Assembly (NCBI GenBank): GCA_973895155.1
Contig: OZ316899.1
Span: 12,899,934-12,963,933 of the forward strand
Direction of reading: 5' to 3'
Length of the DNA: 64,000 nucleotides
DNA from: Marsupella aquatica
Taxonomy: Eukaryota > Plantae > Marchantiophyta
Shown here: positions 21,017 to 33,520 of the stretch, piece after piece
Numbering within the stretch: position 1 is the first letter of the stretch
Layout: each line of letters opens with the position of its first letter
Notes under the pieces: model-generated
The model's database searches: none
Told to the model about the DNA's origin: nothing
What the model saw: the letters and a program-made list of their open reading frames with translations, nothing else
Program-made: the position numbers and the translations under genes

Positions 21017-24000
21017 TGTTGTAAGGTGTGGAATAACTGATCACTTCATTTATCATCTCCCCATTACATATAGCTCCTATGGAGGCTAGGTAGTTAGGCG
21101 GTTGGAATTAGCCTAACTGTAGTAGGGTTTAACCCTAGGTAGGGTAGGTTTAGGTATGGGTTATAACACCCCCCCTTGGGTGTAACATGACCCGGGGTAA
21201 TGTTGCAACCATCTAAGAAAACCCTACTCTAATGTGTAATATGTCCTAGTCTTTGAAAGGTTTATAGTTAGGAATGAAAATGTAACCTCATTAAAACCCC
21301 CTCTCCTTTCTTGTAGGGGGAAAGAGTGTTACCATTTTCTCCAAGCTATATGTTAATGTAAAGTTATTGTAGTCTGTTAAAAAAAAATTAAGTGGGTTGT
21401 CTTATAGACTTTGTACCTATATCGTTTGGTCAGTAGCCTTATACAGTAAGGTTCTACTGTAATTTGCGTGTAAGTCCTCTACGTGCTACAGGTCCAAAGT
21501 TAGTCGTAGTTTGCGTTTAGGGCAGTGGAACTATGTGGAATTCGATAGGTTCATCTGTTTGATCGAGAGTGTTCGAGGTGGCGTTCGATGTTCGGGCTGC
21601 TTTCGTTGCCGTGTTCGCAGTTATCAGGTTATGCGCTGCTGCATTTTAGGATCGTTGTTCTTGATGATGTGGGGCGCTTCTCTTCGGTGGTTCGTGATCG
21701 GGGCACTTGCGCATCAAACGAGTTGTGGTAATGTTGGATTCTTTCTGCTTCATTGGCGTGAGAGTGTGTTGTGTGCTTTCTTCTCCCCCTGATGTGGTAT
21801 TTTCTGGTTGCTCCTTCACGCATTGTTGTGTAGTTGCAAGGTTCAATTTTATTCTCCTCCTGGGCAGGAGACAAGTAGGTCAGAAGCAGTCCGAAAGGTG
21901 TTAGTCCTGCAATGCAGTTAAGTTGCGCAATCCTATAGAGAATGTATGTTGTCTGTGTAGTACAGGGGGAAGTGATTTCATAAACAAATCTGCGATGTTT
22001 TGGGAGCTTTGTATCCATTTAACTGCGATGCTATTGCCTTGCTGTTCATGCGTAAAGAAAATTTTGGGGGCAATGTGTTTGGTTTGATCTCCCTTGATAA
22101 AGCCTGCTTGAATTTGTTCAACGTAGGCTCTGTTATCTTCGTGAATTTCTGTTGGTGTTGACAGTGTAGGTATGCCTGTGTTCTCATGGATGTGATTGAT
22201 GATGTTGCATAGCCAAATGCACTCCTTGCTTGATTCATAGAGAGCTATAATTTCCGAGTGATTTGACGATGTAGTTGTTAGTGTTTGCTTGCAACTTCGC
22301 CATGAGATTGCGGTCTGGCCCATCAAGAAGACGTACCTGGTTTGAGACTTCGCGTCCTCCGGGTCTGAGAGGTAACCTGCATCAGCATATCCTGTAAGTG
22401 AGTAATTAGTTTCGGATGGGTAAAACAGTCCCAGATCCTTGGTACCCACAAGATAGCGGAAAATGCGCTTTATCCCATTCCAATGCTGAATAGTTGGCTT
22501 GGCACTAGGGCGAGCCAATAGATTGACTGCAAAGGCGATACCTGGCCTTGTCTGGTTCAAAAGGAACATCAGGACACCTATAGCAGATAGGTATGGCTTC
22601 TCTGGGCCAAGCAATGGCTCCATTTCATTTCTCTTTCGGAAGATATCCTTTTCTTTGTCAAGTGAGCGGATGTCCATGGGGGATCTGACTGCAGTGGCTT
22701 TGTCCATGTTGAATTGCTTCAAGATTTTCTTGATGTACGTGGACTGATGCAGGAAAATGCCATTGTGCAGGTGCTCAAATTGTAGTCCTAGGTAGAAAGA
22801 AGTCTGCCCTAGGTCGCGCATCTTGAAAGCCTGTTTTAGGAGTATGATAGTTTCAGCCATAATTTTTCTTGTTCCGAACAGGTTCAGGTCGTCCACGTAG
22901 ATGGCTACTATAATAAATTCTCTATTTTCCTGTTTCAAAAACAGGGTGCAATGTTGGCATTTGTAAATCCCATTGCCAACATTTATGACTTAAAATGTTT
23001 ATACCATGTGAGGCCACTTTGCTTGAGGCCATATAGGGATCTTAACACCTATACTGCAAATCGAGTTCTTCGGGTGGTGTCCCTTTGATGTTGGATAGGA
23101 TCTGTTAGTGCTATCTTCGCTGCAGTCTTGTGGAGTATCGCTGAATTTGTATGCTTGAATGTTTCCGCCTGGTTGTGGATTCCAGCTTTATGTGTTTGTT
23201 TCCCTTTGCTGTGATACTCGACTTATTTCACCAGTTCTGGTGGAGCTTCCATGTATATGACTTTGTCTAAGTGTCCATATAGGTAGGCTGTTACAATATC
23301 CATTTGGTGCATGGATAAGTTGTGGCGTTGTGAGAATGTGATAAGGTACCGGTAAGTGATGACATCCATTACCGGCGAGTATGTTAAGTCGTAGTCCCTG
23401 TCGGGGACTTGTGTGAATCCCCTGGCCACCAATCTTGCCTTGTGTCTGGTTACTTCGCCTTTCGCATTCCTTTTCTTGACCAGTGTCCATTTATAGCTTG
23501 TGAGATGCACCACAGGTTCTGCTATTGTAATTGGTCCAAATACCTGGCGGGCTATCAATGAGTCCAGTTCTAAATGAATGGCTTGTTCCCATTCAGGCCA
23601 ATCAGGTTGGGCCTCAGCTTCTTTAATTGTTCGTGGATCTGGTAATTCCTCTTTGATCTGCTATGCTATGTGGAAGGCGAAGTGTTCGTCTATCGTGGTA
23701 TGGTCTCTGTCCCATACATGTCCAATTCTTCCATAGTTGATTGATATCTCTACATTGTCTTCTGGTACATTTGGTTGGATTGGGGTTTGGTCTCTGATCA
23801 ATGTATTTGGTGGAGATGTTGGGGCGGTTTTGCGCTGTCTTGGCTATCTATTTGCAGATCCCAGTGGGCGGCCTCTCTTTGCTTTCGGTGCAATGATTGA
23901 TGCTGGTGGGGTCTCCATTTGGATTCTTGATGGGGCGTTTGCTGCTGGAATATGGGAGAGCGGGTCACTTGGGCGGCATCTGTAAAGGAGTCGGGTAGGT

Positions 24001-26161
24001 GTTCTACCATCCTGGCCAAGTGGAGGATCCGTTGTACTTCAGTGTCTGCGTGGCTGTCCCGTGGGTTGTTCCAGAATTCAGCATCAATTTGCCAAGTAAG
24101 GTGAGTATTCTTCTCTGTGTCAAGTTGTTGTTTCGTTTGTAAACTGGGAAAGATCTCTTCATAGAAGTGGCAATCTTGGGTTTCTCTGATGAGCTTCTAG
24201 AACATTGTCGTTCCAGGGTGGCCAAGTCTCTTATGCCAGATCTTGGTAAGTGTTCCTTGGGGTGCTTCAATGCGGAAACTGTAGATTTTAGTAGTATAAC
24301 AGCCAGGGGGTGAAGCACATAGGATCTCTCTGATCTTTGTGTTTGGTGGTTCCCCCAAGGTAATGTACAAAACCTCTCATCCATCTTGGGTGCCCGTCTT
24401 GATGTGTAGCTTGTTAGCACGGATATCTCCGAAGCTCAGTAAGTTCCTGGTTGCCTTTGGAGCATAAATGGCAGACTTCACCTGAATGGGCGTGCCGCCA
24501 GGTAGGGTGACCACTGCAGGTCCAAATCCCTCTTCCAATTGGTGCTGGCCCATAATAGTTGTTAGTTTTCTTTGTGATGGTATAATTTGCTTAAATTATT
24601 CCTTATGCTTGAAAATGGAATGCAATGTACTGCTGTTGACTATGTAGTGGGATAGATTTTCTTTTATGGTAGAGTCGTCGCTTGATATAGTCATATTTTA
24701 TAGATGGTATTAGGTCAGTGGATTCTAAGAAGGTCCCATATGTCTCAGGTTCATTTTGTTCAATGCTCTTCTTATATAATTGTACAAGGTGTATAGGGGC
24801 ACGGCAGAATTTTTGAATGTGGCCCTCAGTGCTGCAACGGACACATATAGAGGGGTTTTTGTATTTATCTCTTTGAGCGCTTTGCTGATGAGGTATCCTC
24901 GCTTGGGGTTGAGAATTGTCTCTTTGCCCATTGTTTCTGAAGTTGTATCCATTGTTTTGATATCTTCCCCTAGATCTGCCTCTGAAAGAGTTTTTCTGCC
25001 CCCGCTTCCTCTGAAGGGACCTCCTCGACCTCTATTTGTGTTTCTCCCCCTGAAGCTGCCTCGGCCGCGGTAAGATGATCCCTCTCCCCTTTGAGTTGTC
25101 ACGTAATGAGATTCTGTGTTTGTGACTGGGGGGAGGGTGCCAGGAGGTCATTTTTGGGAGTTCTGTAATAGCAATAGCTTATGCTTCTCAGCTAGGAGCA
25201 TATGTGCGATCAATTCGGAGTATTTGGTGAATCGCATGTTGCGGTATTGCGTGGAGAGGATGAGATTGGTAGAGTGGAGGGTGGATAGCGTTTTCTCAAT
25301 TTGTTCTTCATCATTTACAGGGTGGCCACATATGGCCAGTTGTGATACTATCCGGAATAACTCGTAGTTGTAGTCCGCAATCGTCTTATGGTCTTGGACT
25401 CTAAGATTGATCCAATCATGTCTGGCTGCAGGCAGGTATATGGTGCGCGTGTGATTGAAGCGGGATTGGAGTTCTTCCCAGAGGATCCTTGGATTGTATT
25501 CGTTCATGTACTGCCGCTTCAAGGAGTCGCTCAAATGGTGTCTAATTAGTATCAATGCCTGCGCCTTTTGCTGGAGAGTTAGGCCATTGTCAGTTATTAC
25601 AGTATCCTGTAGATTCTTTGAAGTTAACTGAGCTTCAGTATCAAGCGACCAGGACAAGTAATTGGCGCCATCGATGCTGAGTGGTTGAAATAAAAGTTTC
25701 TCCATGGAATTCGTTGACATTTTTTTGGATAATTTCTTATTGATAAACTCAATTGGTGAAGTTGAAGGAATTGAGAATAAAATTTCAAATCGTGTTCGGA
25801 AAATTTGGAGGTTCTTATCTCATTGCCCGATTTTGTATCCAATTCATTTTGATCATTGACATCCAGTCTCACGGGATGATTTTGGCCACTGCTGCACCTT
25901 TGTCTACTTTTAATCCTTCCCTTAATGGTGGAACAAAATCTTGCTATGGAGGGAAAAAAATGTAATCCCTAAAAAAATTTGATTCAAATCCAACATCGTG
26001 CTGATAACGTGTTGTAAGGTGTGGAACAACTGATCACTTCATTTATCATCTCCCCATTACATATAGCTCCTATGGAGGCTAGGTAGTTAGGCGGTTGGAA
26101 TTAGCCTAATTGTAGTAGGGTTTAACCCTAGGTAGGGTAGGTTTAGGTATGGGTTATAACA
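21017..26161 (-). mobile_element. Copia LTR retrotransposon (Bianca-like), integrase core deleted
   Basis: 152-bp LTRs at 21017-21168 and 26010-26161 (2 differences); TSD TGTAA; PBS CGTTATCAGCACGA; PPT; gag 25148-25720; RT YVDD and RNase H YADAGYLSDP at 21901-23558. Confidence 0.95.
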
Positions 26162-26166
26162 TGTAA

Positions 26167-26380
26167 CAGTTTTTACGCTCGGTCTGGGCGATAAGGTACT
26201 CTGACAAAACAATCTTGACATATTCAACAAAGAAAGAAGCGAGTCTAACAGTTTTTACGCTCTATCTGGGCGGTAAGGTACTCTGACCAAACAATCGTCA
26301 CATATTCAGAAAGAAAGAAGCGACTCTAACAGTTTTTATGCTTTGTCTGGGCGATAAGGTACTCTGACAAAACAAAGTCA
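26167..26380. repeat. Tandem repeat of about 83 bp (right part)
   Basis: Same unit as 20775-21016, about 3 copies. Confidence 0.8.
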
Positions 26381-26599
26381 TAAGAATCAATAACAGTTTT
26401 CACATACTGTTTGCTGATTAAGTTACGCTCTTGAGAAACAAAGAGGAATTGAGCAAGCCGGAAAGGCAATAACATCCCTTACATGAACGAGGCATCTCTC
26501 GGTAGATGCCACTTGAACTCTCTTGGTGCTCATTTTTAGTCTTTCTTCAAGTGGTTACACATCCTTTGCGATGTGTAAAGGCTGCCCATTCCATTCTCA

Positions 26600-29154
26600 G
26601 AGTGCATTATCCCCAACGAGTCATGACTCTGCCGGAATGGTATGATGGGGATTGCATTTTTTAGCTCCCCCCATTCACAGGTATCCACACAAAGGGTGCC
26701 TTCTTCTTGGGTATGGAGCGGAGAAATGACTGCTACTTGTGGAGCAAGCTCATCAAGACAGGGGCCCAAATTGGACCCAACCTGAACAAGGGAGGCTTCA
26801 AGTATAAGATTGGGAATATGAGATGCCTGGGCTCTTTGCAATGTCCACATTCAGATTGTCCGGCTTTTACAAGTAAGAATGAGCGCAATTGCACAAAATG
26901 GCAGCGAGATAGGGGTGGGAGAAATGAGGTTTCATTTCCTGTTGGGCGACTAGTTCCAGTAGAGAGTGTGATTTGCGCCTTTTGTGATCGGCCTCCTAAG
27001 TGTATAGCCAAGTGTCCAGCCAAAATGTTCTACATCACTCCAACCTCTCATGACCATTACATTTACAAGCACATGACATGTGTTGCTATGTATGTTGGGA
27101 GTCACTCACATCCGGCCAAATTTGTTCTTAAGAAAGATTGAAAAGCTTTCTTACATAAGTTGATGGAGGAGAAATTGAAGAAGAATCCTCATGCAATGCC
27201 GTCTGTGATCAAGAGTGACACAATTAAAGCCCCAAGGGATATTTTTGATGACAAGGTTGTTGGGATTGTCACATTTGAGGAAGCACAGGATCTGAATGAA
27301 ACATTGGCGATCCTATCAGATTGATTAGTTGTAAGATCTATGATATAGAGCATACGCAAGTATACCCATGCCTCATCCGACCTCCAAGTCATCCTTGAAC
27401 TTCAAAAAGAAACAATGTTTTCATTTGTCCAGAGCACTCTATTTCCAAACCAGAAGCTAGATACAGATGAGCGCCCACACATTTTCAAGATGACTGTAAA
27501 GGGTCCAGGGTCTGGAATCGATCTCATTCAAAGGATGCAGCCTAGTGGAGATCTACAAGACTCATGGGTGATGGTTGATGTCATGCATCGGATGACTAAG
27601 AAGCAATGGTGCACAATGTCAGCTCATGTATACGACCACCTATACATAGGTATCTGCACAATTTTTGTATGCGACCTAGTTTTGAAAGATACTGTTGCAC
27701 TACAAACTGCATGGAAGGTCATGAAGCGAGTGTGTAAGGCAAATGGGCTTGACAATGTTACATTTTGTGGGTTCATTGCCAATAATGCTGCAGTTGGGTG
27801 GAATGCAGTTTGAAACATATTCTAAGATGGAAGAATTAATTCTCAAAATGAGCAATCTGATGCATTTCACTGGGCGCAATGAGTGGAGAAGATGACAAAG
27901 AAATGCATTCTTCCAGGCAAAGCAGTTGATCATAAGGAGCTTCTGGATTCATTGAGGGACGCTGCCAATGTGGTTCTTGCATTTCGGACTTTTGAGAAGA
28001 TGAAGGATTGGTGGAAAAATGGGAATGCAATCAAAGGAAAAACCAAGTCACTAGAGACATGGCTTTTGTGGTGGATTGTGCAGTTCTCCCAATGGGGAAA
28101 CTTTATTCGGCTGGTAAGTCTATGAATTCTTAGTAATATTCCATCTCGGAGAGGCTCTCCAAGATGATTAATCTTGGACATGTTAGAGAGCCTCTTCGAG
28201 ATGGACGACGTGGGTTTTCTCGGAGAGGCTCTCCGAGATGGAACATATGGGTAATCTCCGAGATGGAAGACGTGGGTCATCTTAAGGAGCCTCTCCGAGA
28301 GCCTCTCCGAGATGGAACATATGGGTCATCTCGGAGAGGCTCTCCAAGATGGAACATATGGGTCATCTCGGATAGGCTCTCCAAGATGGAAGAGGTGGGT
28401 GTTCTTGGAGAGGCTCTCCGAGATGGAACATATGGTCATCTCGGAGAGGTTCTCCGAGATGGAAGAGGCGGGTCATCTCGGAGAGGCTATCCAAGATGGA
28501 AGAGGTGGGTCATCTCGGAGAGGCTATCCAAGATGGAACATATGGGGTCTTGGAGAGGCTCTCCAAGATGGAAGAGGTGGGTCATCTCGGAGAGCCTCTC
28601 CCAGATGAAACAAATGGGCGACTCGGAAGACATATTAGAGAGCCAACTTTTGTTTTGTAAACACATGGTTCATCTTAGAGAGGCTCTCCGAGATGAAACA
28701 CCATCAATCCTGGTGATTCAATGGTGAGTCCTGACGATGTAATTGTGGACTTGAATAGTTACCCTGAGCAGATGGATCCATTGAAGCCTGATGTTAGGCT
28801 GAGTCGGCGCAATGGCAAAGGAGATCGGTTGTGATGGCAGATGCAAAGAAACATATTGAGAGTGCCAAATCCGAGTTGATGAGGTTCACTTCCATGACTC
28901 AAATTGAAAAAGGGAATGCAACTGGCTTACAAGTGGTACTTTCCAACACTCATCGTGACCGCAATTCAGCCCATTGTGTACACATATGTGTGTTCCCAAC
29001 TTGCTCTTGTCAAGATTTCATCATGAGAGATACTAGAAGATACTTCTTTCCTTGCAAACACTTGTATTGGTGCTATAAAAACATTTATGGACAAGATCTA
29101 GAGAGTGACCAAGAGATCCACCAGCCAATCTTGACACTTAGGCGAGCTTCGTAA
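26600..29154 (+). pseudogene. MULE transposase: GCM/WRKY-like Zn domain, DDE core, SWIM finger
   Basis: CLGSLQCPHSDC...CAFC...CPAK...GSHSHP (26707-27141); WVMVDVMHR...FCGFIANNA...FHWAQ (27415-27880); intron donor at 28114; CSCQDF...PCKHLYW (28831-29154); several premature stops. Start position approximate. Confidence 0.85.
28114..28700 (+). repeat. Transposase intron filled with palindrome array
   Basis: GTAAGT donor at 28114; about 14 palindrome copies with GGAACATATGGGTC / GGAAGAGGTGGGTC spacers; acceptor not resolved. Confidence 0.85.
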
Positions 29155-29260
29155 ATTGGTGTCAAATGTAGCAGGCTCAGGGTGGATGCATGTCAAAGAT
29201 GTTTCGGGTTTAGTGGGTAGAACGATCTACTTTTGTATCCTTTCATAATAATAAATGTTC

Positions 29261-32200
29261 GGTTAGAACCCATAGGTTAAGTCTACTCTAGGGTAAGGTT
29301 TAACACCAAACCTTAGGTAGTTACTATTAAAGTAACCACCTCAATGTATAAAGACCTCACACATGAATGAGAAGAACCACATTATTCTGGTGGTGTTTCA
29401 ACACGTTATCAGCATGATAACGCTCCACAATTTTTTTTCAAGGAAATCGATGTAGAACCGGATGAGAGTGGCTTGGCTACAGATCAAGGAAAAAAAATTC
29501 TGACTGAGAAATCATTTTTGGACACAAGGGAGATTTCTCTTCTCCCTTTTAGACAATCAAAAAGGGGGATCACAAATTCGAGGAGGATGAGAATGTGGTC
29601 CCCACACATTGAATGACACCACAAAGAGCACCCAACGATTAAAAATGGTTACTGGAGCAACGAACGCAACATTCACAACTGAGAATAGCATAATTCCAAA
29701 GAAAAGAAATGACATTGATTGAGGCGAATTCCCAACGCCCACTTCAAGCTCAGACACCAATCAAGATAATCCATTTCTTTCCTCTCCCTCCGAAATTTCA
29801 GAATTATACCACAGATTGAGACTTTACAATCATCAATTGAGACTTGGATCATAATTATCTTCCCCAAAACATTGGGAACCAATATACAACCAGTGAAAGC
29901 AGATGGCTACCAATACAATGGAAAATTGCTCTTCCAGGCATTAAGCATTGACGGATCTAACTACCTATCATGGTCACTCGATGTAGAGGCGCATTTGACA
30001 TCAAAGGACCTCCAAGATGCTACTCTAACGGACGTAGGACCAACACTTCAGCAAAAAGCTAAAGCTCTAATACTCATAAGACATCATTTGGCAGAACCAC
30101 TAAGGCGACAATATATGAACGAATATAATCCTCGTATACTATGGGATGAGCTGAAAGCACGGTTCGATCACACAAGGACAATATTCCTGCCCGCTGCAAG
30201 GCACGACTGGGTAAACCTGCGAGTTCAAGATTTCAAAACAATTGCCGAATACAACAGTGAGTTATTCAGGATTACCTCACAACTAGCCATCTGCAATCAA
30301 CCAGTGGGAGACGAAGAACAAATCAAGAAAACCTTATCAACAATTCACTCAACAAATCTGATCCTATCTACTCAATATCGGAACATGAGATTCACCAAAT
30401 ACTCAGAATTGATGGCACACATGCTACTAGCAGAAAAGCATCAAATCCTCCTACTACAAAACACGAGAGAAAGACCCCCTGGAACCCTTCCCCCGCAACC
30501 CAACACTGAAACACATTACACTGTACCCCAAAATACACAAAATAGGAACAGGAACCAATATAGAGAAAGAGGTCAATACCGAAGCAGAGGAACATTCCGA
30601 GGTAGAGGAGGATATAACCAAGGGGGAGGAAGAAGACCACCATATGGAGGCAGGGGCCAAGGCAGGGGGAGATACAACAACAAAAGAACAACATGGAGGA
30701 GAGGATCCAGATACCCACAATAGAGAGACCAAGACAGAAGTAACCAAAGAGGGAGACAAGACAACCCAATAACATGCTACAGGTGTGGAACTAGAGGCCA
30801 TACACAAAAGGTATGTCGCGCCCCAACCCACCTGGTAGCTCTATACAAAAAGAGCTTAACACAACCGGAATTTGAGACCCATGGAGCTTTTCTAGAATCT
30901 GCTGAAATCTTACCAGAAATCCACTTGGTAAACCAAAACCCACCCATGAATGATTTGGATTTTTGCATCGTTGAAAGTGGGACAACCCACACAATCCTGC
31001 GGGAGAGAAAATACTTTAGCAAAATAATCCCCTCCCAAAGACGAGTTACTACCATACTAGGCCAACACCAACTAGAGGAGGGATATGGACCTGCAATAAT
31101 AACACTACCAAGAGGGACAATCATCCACATCTCAGCAGCAATATACGCCCCAAAAGCCACGAGAAACTTGCTCAGTTTCAAAGACATACGTGCAAATAAC
31201 CTGCACATACACACCAACACAATAAATACACAAGAAGTGTTACATATTATTGCCAAAACCCCCAATGGAAACGAAGTCAAAGAGACATTCGATGCCTACC
31301 CTACGGGATATTATGCCACAAAAACACAAAGTTACCACACTGCCATACACAAAGAGAATGTTGCAACAGTTCAACATGGACAAAACATCTATGGACATCA
31401 GATCCCTAGATAGGGACAAAGACATGTTCCAAAAGTGTACTGAAAACGAGCCACTACTTGGCTCAAACAAGCCCTACCTATGTGCAATAGGAGCGCTTAT
31501 GTTCTTGGCCACCCAAACGAGGCCAGACATTGCCTTTGCTGTGAACCTACTAGCAAGGCACAGCTCACAGCCGACCATTCGACACTGGAATGGAATCAAA
31601 CGGGTACTCCGCTACCTCTGTGGCACTATAGATTTCGGATTATACTTCCCTACTGATTTAACACCAACTCTTACTGGCTATGCAGATGCCGGCTATCTCT
31701 CTGACCCTGTAGATGCAAAATCACAAACAGGATATGTTTTCCTGGCCGGACCCACAGCCATATCATGGAAGAGCACCAAACAGAGTCTAACAACTACATC
31801 CTCCAACCACTCGGAGATCATAGCATTGTACGAAGCAAGTTGCGAATGCTTATGGTTGAGAAACGTAATTAACCATATCCTACATCACACAGGTATGAAA
31901 ATACTCACCTCACCGACTGTCATCTTCGAAGACAACAGACCTTGCGTAGAACAAATTGCAACGGGCTTCATCAAGGGAGAACGCACTAAATATATCACCC
32001 CCAAATTCTTCTTTGCAAGAGAACAACATGGCAACAGCATCGACGTGAAATGGATCCCAAGCAAATTGAACAATGCAGACCTGCTAACCAAATCGTTACC
32101 GCCTGCCATACATAAAACACTAACACGATCAATTGGCATGCGTCGTTTGTCCACCCTCTTATAGGAATCGAATTGAAATCAAAAAGTCAGGGGGAGAACA

Positions 32201-32889
32201 GAACGGACCAAGGGCATTGAAGAACAAATACCTTAATCAAATCCACAACAACGACACACCAAAGATTTTGAACATCAACCATGCACAAAAGTGGCGAGGA
32301 CAACCTCCAAAATGGAGATGAGACAACCAATCACCAGAGGAAAGGAGCCGACGACCGGAACACAACCCACGACCACCAAGAACACAAGCTCCAACCAAGA
32401 CTAGGGCACAACGCCACCGACTACAAATCCGCAACATTACTCGGGAAAATACCACAACATCAAACCCGACTACAAGACCACCGCACATCAGTAACAATAC
32501 CCCATAGTAGAGAATACACCGCATAAACTACAATACAACACCCTATTCACTTTTCATCCAAAGATGGTAGCACTCTTTCCTCCTGCAAGAAAGGAGAGGA
32601 GGTTTTAATGAGGCTACATCAACACCACCTTCTCATTCTTTTACTAGAACTACATTACACAATCAAATAGTTAACACCCTCACAGTAGACTCAATATGGT
32701 TGCATCACCTTAACCAAACCCATGATGCGATGCACCCAAGGGGGAGTGTTAGAACCCATAGGTTAAGTCTACTCTAGGGTAAGGTTTAACACCAAACCTT
32801 AGGTAGTGACTATTAAAGTAACCACCTCAATGTATAAAGACCTCACACATGAATGAGAAGAACCACATTATTCTGGTGGTGTTTCAACA
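29261..32889 (+). mobile_element. Copia LTR retrotransposon (Bianca-like), integrase and most of RT deleted
   Basis: 143-bp LTRs at 29261-29403 and 32747-32889 (about 2 differences); TSD TGTTC; PBS CGTTATCAGCATGA; PPT AAGGGGGAG; gag 29872-30723; protease ESGTTH; RNase H 31250-32164. Confidence 0.95.
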
Positions 32890-32894
32890 TGTTC

Positions 32895-33455
32895 AAGATT
32901 TCAAATGATGTTGATCCCATCTCGGAGAGGCTCTCCGAGATTCCAAGTGATGTTCATCCCATCTTGGAGAGGCTCTCCAAGATTCCAAGTGATGTTGATC
33001 CCATCTCGGAGAAGCTCTCCAAGATTTTAACCCAGTGTTTTTGGCAATCTCGGAGAGGCTCTCCGAGATTCCAACCCAGTGTTGATCCCATCTTGGAGAG
33101 GCTCTCCCAAAATTCCAAGTGAAGTTGATCCCATCTCGGAGAGGCTCTCCAAGATTCCAAGTGATGTTCATCCCATCTCGGAGAGGCTCTCCAAGATTCC
33201 AAGTGATGTTGATCCTATCTCGGAGAAGCTCTCCAAGATTTTAACCCAGTGTTTTTGGCAATCTTGGAGAGGCTCTCCAAGATTCCAAGTGATGTTGATC
33301 CCATCTCGAAGAGGCTCTCCAAGATTCCAACAATTGTTCGAGACATTGGTGACCAATCTTGGAGAGGCCTCCAAGATTGACACAAAATAGGACGTCAATC
33401 TCGGAGATGCCTCTAAGATTGATTAAAAAAAAGGGGTCAATCTCGGAGATTGTCC
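32895..33455. repeat. Right subterminal palindrome array (about 42-bp period)
   Basis: About 12-13 copies with GATTCCAAGTGATGTTGATCCC spacers. Confidence 0.92.
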
Positions 33456-33466
33456 AAAAAAATGTT

Positions 33467-33511
33467 GGTGACTTATATTAGTCACTAATAACTGATGAGA
33501 TTGCTCCTCTC
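33467..33511 (-). repeat. Right TIR of the MULE
   Basis: Imperfect inverted match to 8361-8405, followed by TSD GAGCACTTG. Confidence 0.85.
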
Positions 33512-33520
33512 GAGCACTTG

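Larger units (their letters stand above)
8361..33511 (+). mobile_element. Giant Mutator-like element (MULE) carrying transposase and cargo gene; about 12.5 kb without nested insertions
   Basis: 9-bp TSD GAGCACTTG at 8352-8360 and 33512-33520. Imperfect TIRs: left GAGGGGAGGTAATCCATAAGTTATTAGTCACTGATATCAGTGGCC, right (reverse complement) GAGAGGAGCAATCTCATCAGTTATTAGTGACTAATATAAGTCACC. Removing the element rejoins the chromodomain ...AESTW|EPEENL. Confidence 0.93.
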
